In this document: in pieces, positions 10,240 to 18,981 of the stretch | How positions within the stretch are numbered: position 1 is the first letter of the stretch | Layout of the letters: each line of letters opens with the position of its first letter | Assembly: GCA_947459825.1 (NCBI GenBank) | Contig: CANHFH010000002.1 | Location: forward strand, 17,150-81,149 | DNA: 64,000 nucleotides | Direction: 5' to 3' | From: Pseudomonadota bacterium | Lineage (GTDB): Bacteria > Pseudomonadota > Gammaproteobacteria > Steroidobacterales > Steroidobacteraceae | Notes under the pieces: generated by a model | What the model saw: only the letters and a program-made list of their open reading frames with translations | Databases searched by the model: none | Told to the model about the DNA's origin: nothing | Position numbers and translations under genes: made by a program

Positions 10240-12311
10240 TGGATCCCGGCGTCCCGAACTGGGGCCGCATCCCGGCGCTCGCCGTCACGGGCGCTCCGGC
10301 GCTCGTCGCCGTGGGCGCCGGCCACGAGCTGCGCTTGCCGACTTCGGCGGGCGAGATCGTGCTGACGCTGCACGATCACGGGCTGCGGCTGCGTGTCGGA
10401 CCGCCGGTGCGCGACTACGGCATCCTGGTCGCGGCGCCCGTGCCGTTGCAGCTGCAGTTGGAGGCGATCGACGGCGGCTCGCGCGTCACCGCGCGCACCG
10501 CGTCCGGTGGCGCGCTCGAACTGCGCGTCGGCCATGCGCCGTTCCACTTCGAGCTGCTGCTGGATGGTCGCCGGGTGCAGGGCTCGTCGACCGACGGCCA
10601 TTTCGTGCGCCGTTTCCGGCTGCCGCCGCTGGCGCGCCACGACGGACGCTGGCTCTTCACCGTCGATCTCGGCGCCGACACGCCGGTGTACGGTCTCGGC
10701 GAGAAGTCCGGCAAGCTCGACAAGCGCGGGCAGTGGCTGCGCTCCTACAACCACGATGCGCTGGGTCTCAACGCCGAGCGCAGCTACAAGAACGCCCCGT
10801 TCGCCTGGAGTCCGGAGGGTTGGGGCGTGTTCGTGCACGGCCCCGATCCGGTGACCCACGGCGTCGGCTTCGGCCCGTGGTCGCAGCGCGCGTATCTGCT
10901 GGCGGTGGAGGGCGAGGGGCTCGATGTCTTCGTGCTGACCGGTGCCGACGGCGCGGCGCAGCTGCGCCAGTACACCGACCTCACGGGCCGTGCCCCGGAG
11001 CCGCCGCCTTGGAGCCTCGGCACCATCCTCTCGAAGGCGTACTACAAGGACGCCGACGAGATCCTGTCGGTGGCGCGCGAGGTGCGCGCACGCGGGCTGC
11101 CCTGTGAGGTCATCACCTTCGATGGCCGCGCCTGGCAGGACACCGACACGCGCTTCGCGTTCGAGTGGTGCCCGAAGCGCTACCCCGACCCGAAGCCGGT
11201 CATCGACGAGCTCAAGTCCATGGGCTTCCGCATCTGCGTGTGGGAGTACCCGCTGGTGTCGGTGCGGCATCCGCTGTTCGCCGAGATGGCCGCCAAGGGT
11301 TGGCTGCTGCGCGACGCGCGCACCGGCGAGCCGTACCGCTACGCCTGGGACCCGGAACCCTTCGGCGCGGTGCTCACGCAGCTGCCGGAGTCCGGCGTGG
11401 TGGATTTCACCCACCCCGAGGCCTACGCGTTCTGGCGCGACAAGCACCGCGACCTCTTCGAGCTCGGCGTCGACATGATCAAGGCCGATTTCGGCGAGCA
11501 GATCGAGCCGCACATGCTCGCGCGCGACGGCTCGCAGGGCGACGCCCTGCACAACATCTACGCGCTGCTCTACAACCGTTGCGTGTACGAGGCGGCGCAG
11601 CGGTTCGGCCGCGACGGCGCCTTCCTCTTCAGCCGTGCCGGGTGGTCCGGCTCCCAAAGATATCCCTCGCAGTGGGGCGGCGATCCGCAGGCCGACTGGG
11701 GCGGGCTCGCCGGCAACCTGCGCAGCGGCATCTCGTGGGGGCTCACCGGCGCGCCGTACTACGCGACCGATGTGGGCGGCTTCTACGGCGATACCCGCGA
11801 CCCCGTGCTCTATGTCCGCTGGCTGCAGGCGGCGGTGTTCTCCGCGCATCTGCGGCTGCACGGCATCGGTCCGCGCGAGCCGTGGTCCTACGGACCGGAG
11901 GCCGAGCGCATCGCGCGCGCGGCGCTCGAGTTGCGGCAGCGGCTGCTGCCTTATCTGTGGCAGGCGGTGCGCGGGTCGGCGGCCACGGGCCTGCCGGTGC
12001 AGCGACCGATGGTCATCGCCTGCCCCGAGGACCGCGCGTCCTGGGCCTTCGAGGACCAGTTCTTCCTGGGCGGCGACCTGCTGGTCGCACCCTGTCTGCG
12101 CCCGGACGGCGAAGTGACGGTCTATCTGCCGGCGGGGGAGTGGGTGCGGTTCCCGGACGGCCGCGCGGTCGAGGGCGGCCGCGTGCATCGGCTGCGGTTG
12201 GCGCTCGACGAGATCGCGATGTTCGCGCGCCGCGGCGCGCGCATCCCGTTGGGCGGCCCCGCCGGACCGCTGCGCGGCGCCATCGTCGCCACGGAGCACT
12301 GGCAGGCATGA
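10239..12311 (+). CDS. glycoside hydrolase family 31 alpha-glycosidase (YicI-like architecture; candidate sulfoquinovosidase by context only)
   Basis: ATG 10239 overlaps the isomerase stop (TGATG). The product is 690 aa. The GH31 nucleophile motif is GVDMIKADFGE, and a second acid region reads WGGDPQADW...ATDVGGFYG. Confidence 0.85.
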   Translation: MDPGVPNWGRIPALAVTGAPALVAVGAGHELRLPTSAGEIVLTLHDHGLRLRVGPPVRDYGILVAAPVPLQLQLEAIDGGSRVTARTASGGALELRVGHAPFHFELLLDGRRVQGSSTDGHFVRRFRLPPLARHDGRWLFTVDLGADTPVYGLGEKSGKLDKRGQWLRSYNHDALGLNAERSYKNAPFAWSPEGWGVFVHGPDPVTHGVGFGPWSQRAYLLAVEGEGLDVFVLTGADGAAQLRQYTDLTGRAPEPPPWSLGTILSKAYYKDADEILSVAREVRARGLPCEVITFDGRAWQDTDTRFAFEWCPKRYPDPKPVIDELKSMGFRICVWEYPLVSVRHPLFAEMAAKGWLLRDARTGEPYRYAWDPEPFGAVLTQLPESGVVDFTHPEAYAFWRDKHRDLFELGVDMIKADFGEQIEPHMLARDGSQGDALHNIYALLYNRCVYEAAQRFGRDGAFLFSRAGWSGSQRYPSQWGGDPQADWGGLAGNLRSGISWGLTGAPYYATDVGGFYGDTRDPVLYVRWLQAAVFSAHLRLHGIGPREPWSYGPEAERIARAALELRQRLLPYLWQAVRGSAATGLPVQRPMVIACPEDRASWAFEDQFFLGGDLLVAPCLRPDGEVTVYLPAGEWVRFPDGRAVEGGRVHRLRLALDEIAMFARRGARIPLGGPAGPLRGAIVATEHWQA

Positions 12312-12423
12312 ACACTCCGTCGCAGACCCGCCGCGGTGTCTTGTCTGATGGGAACATCTTTGTTAGCGTGCCGGCAGTCTTATGCCGGCCACGCTCGTTG
12401 CGTCGGTACAACACAGGGGAAAC

Positions 12424-14739
12424 ATGATGTCGACGCGAAACAAGTTGGTTGCGGGTGCGGTCGCAGGGATCTGCGCGATGCTCGCGGCGCCGGGGGCCTA
12501 CGCCCAGGACGGCGTCGAGCGTCTCGACGAGATCGTCATCACCGCGCAGAAGCGCGAACAGAAACTGCAGGATGTACCCATCGCGGTCAGCGTGGTCAGC
12601 GGCGCGCTCGCCGAGTCCACCGGCAGCTACAACATCGAGTCGCTGCGCGCACTCGTGCCCTCGCTCAACATCCGCAAGACCAACACCTCGCTGAACCAGT
12701 CGGTGTTCCTGCGCGGCGTCGGCACCATCAACTTCGCGATCGCCGCGCAGCCGAGCGTCGCCACGGTGCTCGACGGCGTGGTGCTGTCGTCGGCCGGTGA
12801 GGCTTTCGGCGATCTCTACGACGTCGAGCGCGTCGAGGTGCTGCGCGGTCCGCAGGGTACGCTGTTCGGCAAGAACGCCTCGGCGGGCGTGGTGAACATC
12901 GTCACCAAGCGTCCGGGCGACGAGTTCGGCGGCTATGTCGACTTCGGCTACTACGAGGACGACGAGGTCCGCGTGAAGGCGGCGGTCGACCTGCCGATCT
13001 CCGAGAACGTCCGTTCGCGCACCACGGTCACCTGGGGCGACTTCAACGGGTACATCAACAACGTCTCCGCCACCGCCGGCGGCGGCAAGATGAACGGCTA
13101 CGACCGCAAGGGCGTACGCAGTTCCTGGGACTTCGACGCCGAGACCAGCAAGTGGCAGCTGAACCTCGATTACCGGCAGTCGGACGACAACTGCTGCGTC
13201 GAAGTGATCGGCACGGCGCCCACCGGCGCCAACGGTCCTGCGCTGCAGTCGCTCATGACCGGCGTCACCTTCCTCGGCGACAAGACGCGCACCGTGCGTC
13301 AGGACCTGCAGATGCGCTCCTTCGAGCGCGCCTGGGGCTTCTCGCTGCAGGGCGATATCGACTGGGACGACAAGACCCTCACCTCGATCACCGCTTATCG
13401 CACATGGGACGCCACCGAGATCCGCGAAGGCGACTGGTTGGACACGGCCGCCGCTTATGTCGGCAACACCTTCGCGCAGCTGCACGATTTCGGTCCGCAG
13501 GAGACCAAGACGCTGTCGCAGGAGCTGCGCATCGCCTCGGCGGGCGGTGAGACGATCGACTATGTCGCCGGTCTCTACTTCTCGAAGACCGATGCCGAGC
13601 GTTTCTTCCGGCGTGACACCATCGTCTGCCGTTCGACCACCCTCCCGGTGAACGCGACGGGCCTCGCGCCCTGCCGCGCCGGCGCCTCGGTGATCGACAC
13701 CACGCCGAGCGCCAACGCCACCTTCGGCGCGAAGTTCCAGAACATGGCCGCCTTCGTCGACGGCACCTGGAACCTGTCCGACCGCTTCCGCGTCATCGGC
13801 GGTCTGCGTGCCACGCGCGACGAGCTGAGCTACTACCACACCTACAACTTCTCGCCCTCGGCGGGTCCCGGCATCCGCACGGCTCCGGCCGGTTCGGGTC
13901 CGACGGCGACGCTCGGCGGCAGCGACACCTCGGGCAACGTCTCGGGGCGTCTGGGTGCGCAGCTCGACTTCACCGACGATGTGATGCTCTACGCGACCTA
14001 CTCGCGCGGCTACAAGGGCCCGGCGTACAACGTGTTCTTCAACATGGGCGTCAACAACACGCCGGTGATCGACGCCGAGATCGTGGACTCCTACGAGGCG
14101 GGCTTGAAGTCGTCGGCCCTCGATGGCCGGATGCTCTTCAACCTGGCGGCGTTCCGCGCCGACTACTCGGACTTCCAGGCCAACAACTTCACCTTCCTGA
14201 ACGGTGCGCTCATCACGACGCTCACCAACGCGGGCGAGGTGTCGTCGCAGGGCGTGGAGTTCGACTTCCAGTTCAAGCCCTCGTCCTACTTCGCGATCGG
14301 CGGCGGCTTGGCCTACACCGATGCGCAGGTGGACAAGTTCTTCACCCCGCCGGGCTCCACGCCGACGGTGCGTGACGGCACCCAGCTGCCGCTCGCCCCG
14401 GAGCTGAAGGGCTCGCTGGTGGTCGAAGGCGCGTTCCCGATCGGCTCGTGGACGCTGGCGCCGAACGTCGTCGTGTCGTACACGGAGGACCAGTTCTCGG
14501 ACCTCAACGAGCCGGCGGCGCTCAAGATCCCGAGCTACACCACGGTCGATGTCGCGCTGGCGCTCACCGATGCGGACGACCGCATCCGCCTCAGCCTGAT
14601 CGGTCGCAACGTCACGGACGAGGCCTACACCGTCCTCAAGACGGCGGGTGGCCCGGGCGGCGTGCCGCGTCTGCAGATCCCGCGTGACGCCGACCGCTAC
14701 TTCGGCATCCAGGCGCGCTTCCGCTTCGGCGGCAACTGA
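12424..14739 (+). CDS. TonB-dependent outer-membrane receptor
   Basis: The signal peptide is MMSTRNKLVAGAVAGICAMLAAPGAYA. The plug region reads DEIVITAQKREQKLQDVPIAVSVV...VEVLRGPQGTLFGKNASAGVVNIVTK, followed by a long beta-barrel. Confidence 0.9.
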   Translation: MMSTRNKLVAGAVAGICAMLAAPGAYAQDGVERLDEIVITAQKREQKLQDVPIAVSVVSGALAESTGSYNIESLRALVPSLNIRKTNTSLNQSVFLRGVGTINFAIAAQPSVATVLDGVVLSSAGEAFGDLYDVERVEVLRGPQGTLFGKNASAGVVNIVTKRPGDEFGGYVDFGYYEDDEVRVKAAVDLPISENVRSRTTVTWGDFNGYINNVSATAGGGKMNGYDRKGVRSSWDFDAETSKWQLNLDYRQSDDNCCVEVIGTAPTGANGPALQSLMTGVTFLGDKTRTVRQDLQMRSFERAWGFSLQGDIDWDDKTLTSITAYRTWDATEIREGDWLDTAAAYVGNTFAQLHDFGPQETKTLSQELRIASAGGETIDYVAGLYFSKTDAERFFRRDTIVCRSTTLPVNATGLAPCRAGASVIDTTPSANATFGAKFQNMAAFVDGTWNLSDRFRVIGGLRATRDELSYYHTYNFSPSAGPGIRTAPAGSGPTATLGGSDTSGNVSGRLGAQLDFTDDVMLYATYSRGYKGPAYNVFFNMGVNNTPVIDAEIVDSYEAGLKSSALDGRMLFNLAAFRADYSDFQANNFTFLNGALITTLTNAGEVSSQGVEFDFQFKPSSYFAIGGGLAYTDAQVDKFFTPPGSTPTVRDGTQLPLAPELKGSLVVEGAFPIGSWTLAPNVVVSYTEDQFSDLNEPAALKIPSYTTVDVALALTDADDRIRLSLIGRNVTDEAYTVLKTAGGPGGVPRLQIPRDADRYFGIQARFRFGGN

Positions 14740-14764
14740 TCCGGCGCAGGGCGGTCCGAGCGTC

Positions 14765-15331
14765 GTGAAGCGCGCGCTCGCGGCCGCCCTGAGGCTGCTC
14801 GGTGCAGTGAACGCCCCCATCGCGAGATGGGGGCTTTCTTTTTCTGCGGCGCTGCTCGCGCTGATGCTGGCGGTGGCGCTGGCGCAGATCGCCTCCCGTG
14901 GCCTCTTCAACCACACCCTCGACTGGGCCGAGGAGATCGCGCGTTGGGCGCTGGTGTGGGGCGCGTTGCTCGCAGCGCCGATGGGCTACCGTGCTGCGGG
15001 ACATGTCGCCATCACGATGCTCGTCGAGGCTTTGCCGCCGCGGCTGCTGTACGCGCTCGCCATCGCGATCAACCTGCTCATCGGCTGGATCTGCCTGATG
15101 TTCCTCATCGAGGGCATCGCTTTCGTGGGCCGCGGCTCGACGCTGGTGGCGACGGCGCTGCCCTTGAGCATGGGCTGGGTGTACGCGATCGTGCCGTTGT
15201 CGCTGGCGGCGCTGCTGTCGGTCTCGGTCGAAGCGGTGCTGCGCCTGCTGCATGACCTGGTCTCGGGCGAGGCGGGCCGCGAGCCGCTGGTCGGGGTGGT
15301 GCCGTTGCTCGAGCGCGAGCCGCAGGACTGA
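14765..15331 (+). CDS. TRAP transporter small permease (DctQ-like)
   Basis: The start is taken at GTG 14765, after the receptor stop. The product is about 188 aa with four hydrophobic helices and lies immediately upstream of the DctM-like gene. Confidence 0.75.
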   Translation: MKRALAAALRLLGAVNAPIARWGLSFSAALLALMLAVALAQIASRGLFNHTLDWAEEIARWALVWGALLAAPMGYRAAGHVAITMLVEALPPRLLYALAIAINLLIGWICLMFLIEGIAFVGRGSTLVATALPLSMGWVYAIVPLSLAALLSVSVEAVLRLLHDLVSGEAGREPLVGVVPLLEREPQD

Positions 15332-15336
15332 CGGTC

Positions 15337-16623
15337 ATGTCCATCGCGTTCTTCTGGATCTTCATCCTGCTGCTGGCGCTCGGCGCACCGGTGGTGTTCG
15401 CGCTGCTGCTCGGGCCGGGCCTGAGCCTCGTCCTCGACGGTGAGACGCGCTACTTCGCGGCGCTGCTCGCGCGTTTCTACAACGGCATCGACAGCTTCCC
15501 GCTGCTGGCCGTGCCGTTCTTCATCCTCGCCGGCGAGCTCATGAACTCCGGCGGCATCACAGCCGCCATCGTGCGCTTCGCGCAGACCCTGGTCGGGCAT
15601 GTGCGCGGCGGCCTCGCGCAGGTCAATGTGCTCTCGTCCATGATGTTCGCCGGCATCTCCGGCTCCGCCGTCGCCGACGCCTCGGCCATCGGCAAGATGC
15701 TGATCCCGGAGATGGAGAAGCAGGGCTACTCGCGGCCCTTCGCGTCGGCGGTCACCGCGGCGGCGGCGGTGATCGGCCCGATCATCCCGCCCTCCGGCAT
15801 CATGGTGCTGTACGGCTTCGTGATGAACGTCTCCATCGGCGCGCTGTTCGCGGCCGGTGTCGTGCCGGGCATCCTCATCGGTCTCGGTCTCATGGGCCTC
15901 ATCCGCTTGCTCGCGGGCCGGTACAAGCTGCCGCCGGCCACGCCGCGCGCGACCTGGGCCGAGCGTGGCCAGGCGTTCCGTGGCGCGTGGCTCGCGTTGC
16001 TGCTGCCCGTGATCCTGCTCGGCGGCATGCTGAGCGGCGTCTTCACGGCCACCGAGGCCGCGGCCGTCGCGGTGGCCTACGCGCTCTTCGTCACCGTCTT
16101 CGTGCTGCGCAACACGGGCTGGCGGGACCTCAAGCGCATCTTCCGCGCCACCGCGCTGCAGTCGGGCGTGATCCTGTTGCTGGTGGGCGCAGCGGTGACC
16201 CTCGGTTGGCTGGTCACCGTTTCCGGACTCGCCACCCGGATCGCCGAGACCATCCTCGCCATCACCGATAACCCGCTGCTGCTGCTGTTCCTGGTCAACA
16301 TCCTGCTGCTGATCGTCGGCATGTTCCTCGACGCCGGCCCCGCGATCCTCATCCTGGGTCCGGTGTTGTCGCCGGTGTTCACGGCGCTCGGCGTCGACCC
16401 GGTGCATTTCGCGCTGGTGATGTGCGTGAACCTCACCATCGGCCTCGCCACGCCGCCGATGGGGCTCGTCCTGTTCGTCACCGCCTCGGTCGCGCGCGAG
16501 CGGCTGGAGAACATCGTGCGCGCCATCCTGCCGTTCCTCGCGGTCGAGATCGCGGTGCTGTTCCTCATCACCTTCTTCCCGGCGCTGGTGCTGACGCTGC
16601 CGCGTTGGCTGGGGCTGCTCTGA
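15337..16623 (+). CDS. TRAP transporter large permease (DctM-like)
   Basis: 428 aa, polytopic, with the typical DctM layout (FPLLAVPFFILAGELMN..GI). Confidence 0.9.
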   Translation: MSIAFFWIFILLLALGAPVVFALLLGPGLSLVLDGETRYFAALLARFYNGIDSFPLLAVPFFILAGELMNSGGITAAIVRFAQTLVGHVRGGLAQVNVLSSMMFAGISGSAVADASAIGKMLIPEMEKQGYSRPFASAVTAAAAVIGPIIPPSGIMVLYGFVMNVSIGALFAAGVVPGILIGLGLMGLIRLLAGRYKLPPATPRATWAERGQAFRGAWLALLLPVILLGGMLSGVFTATEAAAVAVAYALFVTVFVLRNTGWRDLKRIFRATALQSGVILLLVGAAVTLGWLVTVSGLATRIAETILAITDNPLLLLFLVNILLLIVGMFLDAGPAILILGPVLSPVFTALGVDPVHFALVMCVNLTIGLATPPMGLVLFVTASVARERLENIVRAILPFLAVEIAVLFLITFFPALVLTLPRWLGLL

Positions 16624-16636
16624 TGGCGGTGTCCCC

Positions 16637-17689
16637 GTGACCGTGACCTTGCGCCGTTGGCTGCTCGCCGTCGTGGTACTGGCCTGCGTCGCCGGCATCG
16701 TCGGCTCGCGTGCGCAGCAGGCCGAGATCACCATCCGCATCGCTTTCCTCGCTTCGCAGGACGACGAGGACTACATCGGCGCGGTGGCGTTCCGCGAGGC
16801 GCTGCGGCAGCGGCTCGGCGACCGCGTCGCCGTGCAGATCTATCCGTCCGGGCAGTTCTGCGGCAACGAGCGCGAGTGCATGGAGGCGCTGCAGAGCGGC
16901 ATCCTCGAGATGCACCAGACCACCATCGGCGGCCTCGCAGGGCTCTACGGGCCGGCGCAGGTGTTCGATCTGCCGTACACCTTCGCCGACGACGCCGTGG
17001 CCGAGTGCGTGTTCGACGGCGAGGTGCCGCGGGCGATGGGCGAGGCGATCCTGCAGCAAGGTCTCGGGCTGCGCCTGATGGCGGTCGGCAACACCGGCGG
17101 CTGGCGCAGTTTCGCGATGACCGAGCGGCGCATCACGCGCGTCGCGGACCTCGCGGGGCTGCGCATCCGCACGCTGCCGTCGGCGCTCGAGCAGGAGATG
17201 GTGCGCGAGCTCGGCGCGAGCCCGATGGCGCTGCCGTTCTCGGAGATCTACACCGCGCTCGGCGCCGGCATGCTCGCCGGCACCAAGAACAGCATCCAGG
17301 ACGTGATGGGGATGAAGTTCGACGAGCACATCCGGCACCTCTTCGTGGACCGCCACGCCTACATGGCGTCCTTCTGGTGGTATTCGGAGCAGGGTTGGCA
17401 GCGCTTGCCGCCCGATGTGCAGCAGGCGGTGCGCGAGGCGTTCGTGGCGCTCGCCGCGGCGACGCGCCGCGCGGCCAAGGACCGCGAGGCTCCGGCGCTC
17501 GCCGCGTTCGAGACCGGCGGCGGCACCATCGACTACATCACGGATGCGCAGCGCGCCGAGTTCCGCGCCGCGACCGCACCGTTGCGCGAGTGGTATGCGT
17601 CGCGCTACCCCGGCGACTGGCTGCGTCGCGTCGATGACGCGGTCGCCGCTTGCGGCGCGCGTGCCGCGCCCACCGATCCATCGACCTGA
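16637..17689 (+). CDS. TRAP periplasmic solute-binding protein (DctP family)
   Basis: GTG start, signal peptide, and DctP-like blocks (EALQSGILEMHQTT, GLRIRT, YTALGAGMLAGTKNS). The gene order Q-M-P is inverted relative to the common P-Q-M. Confidence 0.8.
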   Translation: MTVTLRRWLLAVVVLACVAGIVGSRAQQAEITIRIAFLASQDDEDYIGAVAFREALRQRLGDRVAVQIYPSGQFCGNERECMEALQSGILEMHQTTIGGLAGLYGPAQVFDLPYTFADDAVAECVFDGEVPRAMGEAILQQGLGLRLMAVGNTGGWRSFAMTERRITRVADLAGLRIRTLPSALEQEMVRELGASPMALPFSEIYTALGAGMLAGTKNSIQDVMGMKFDEHIRHLFVDRHAYMASFWWYSEQGWQRLPPDVQQAVREAFVALAAATRRAAKDREAPALAAFETGGGTIDYITDAQRAEFRAATAPLREWYASRYPGDWLRRVDDAVAACGARAAPTDPST

Positions 17690-17703
17690 AGGAGACGACC
17701 GTC

Positions 17704-18150
17704 GTGAGAGTGCTGTTCGTGGATGCAGGGAACTATTGCCGCTCACCGGTGGCCGAGATCGTGGCGCGTGCGATGGCCGTGCGCAGCGGGGCGGCGGGCT
17801 GGTCCTTCTCTTCGGCCGGCCTCAAGGACAAGCACGCCGGCGACTCGGCGGATCCGCGCTCGATCGCCGCCTGCGCGGCGCGCGGCTACGACCTCACCGC
17901 GTTCCGCTGCCGTGAGATCACCGCGGCGGACTTCGCGGCCCATGACCTCATCCTCGCCATGGACCGCGACAACGCCGCGCAGCTCGAGGCGCGTCGGCCC
18001 GCGGGCAGCGCCGTGCCCGTCCGTCTCTTCCTTGACGACCGTGAGGTGCCGGACCCGTACTACGGCGGCGATGACGGGTTCGGGACGATGATGTCGCAGA
18101 TCGAGGAGGGCGTAAGGCAGCTCTTGGGCGGTGCCGGTCCGGGGGGCTGA
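17704..18150 (+). CDS. low-molecular-weight phosphotyrosine phosphatase homologue with P-loop nucleophile Cys replaced by Asp
   Basis: The N-terminus VRVLFVDAGNYCRSPVAE compares with canonical V(L/I)FVCxGNxCRSP. The codon gat at the nucleophile position was read directly (gtg ctg ttc gtg gat gca ggg aac tat tgc cgc tca). The general-acid motif VPDPYYG is conserved. Confidence 0.75.
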   Translation: MRVLFVDAGNYCRSPVAEIVARAMAVRSGAAGWSFSSAGLKDKHAGDSADPRSIAACAARGYDLTAFRCREITAADFAAHDLILAMDRDNAAQLEARRPAGSAVPVRLFLDDREVPDPYYGGDDGFGTMMSQIEEGVRQLLGGAGPGG

Positions 18151-18230
18151 GCACGGCCGACGGCGGCGCTCCACGCGGCCGCCCGGGGGGGGCGCGATGG
18201 TCTCCGGCCATATGCGCTATATTGATTCCA

Positions 18231-18787
18231 TGGGAGATATCACGGTACTGCTGGGCCGGGCCCGCGACGGCGACCGGGGGGCGTTCGACGGCCTCTTCGA
18301 TGCCCTGTACCCGGATCTGCGGCGCATCGCCCATGCGCGGCTCGCCTCGCACCAGCGCAACACCATGCTCAACACCACGGTGCTGGTGCACGAGTGCTTC
18401 CTCAAGTTCACGGCTGCCGATCGGCTGACGCCGAAGGACCGCTCGCACTTCCTGGCCTACGGTTCGCAGATGATGCGGTCCATCATCGTCGATGTCGCGC
18501 GGGCCCGTCAGGCGGAGCGGCGGGGCGGCGACGCCGCGCACACCACGCTCAACACCGATGTGCGCGACGGCGTGCCCGCGGGCGAAGACGAGATCATGGA
18601 TGTGCACGAGGCGCTCGAGCAGCTCGCCGGGCTCGATGCGCGCCTCGCCAAGGTGGTCGAGATGCGCTACTTCGGCGGTCTGCGCGAAGCCGAGATCGCC
18701 GAAGCGCTCGGCGTCACCGAGCGCACCGTGCGCCGCGATTGGGAGAAGGCGCGACTGCTGCTGGCGGCGGCGCTGCGCACGCGCTGA
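18231..18787 (+). CDS. ECF-type RNA polymerase sigma factor (kinase-associated, TIGR02999/ECF43-like from memory)
   Basis: The N-terminus is MGDITVLLGRARDGDRGAFDGLF. Region 2 reads TTVLVHECFLKF and region 4 reads VVEMRYFGGLREAEIAEALGVTERTVRRDWEKARLLL. Confidence 0.85.
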
Positions 18788-18823
18788 GCGCCGTCTTCCG
18801 CCGTCCGGCGTCCGACCGATCGA

Positions 18824-18856
18824 CGGCGCCGCATCGCGCGAGCGCCGTTTTTTTTT
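18824..18856 (+). terminator. rho-independent terminator after the sigma gene
   Basis: A GC stem GGCGCCGC...GCG(CGA)GCGCC is followed by a run of 9 T (18848-18856). Confidence 0.6.
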
Positions 18857-18981
18857 CGCTCCGATGTCCGGTCGTGCCTTGCCGTTCCGTATTCACTGGC
18901 AAGCAGGCGTTGTGCGGCGGTCGATGGACCCGCGACGCCGGGCGATCCGTCGCCATAACGCAAAGATATCGGAGGTCCGTG

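Noticed and set aside
10239-12311. Annotating the GH31 enzyme outright as the sulfoquinovosidase YihQ.
   Set aside because: Its local motifs look closer to YicI-type enzymes (IKADFGE, FAFEW). I could not verify the Arg/Trp/Tyr sulfonate-binding triad by eye, so the assignment rests on context only.
12013-14916. 967-aa minus-strand ORF.
   Set aside because: It is the antisense frame of the TonB-dependent receptor and the GH31 3' end. Its composition is low-complexity Arg/Gly/Ala/Val and it has no recognisable motifs.
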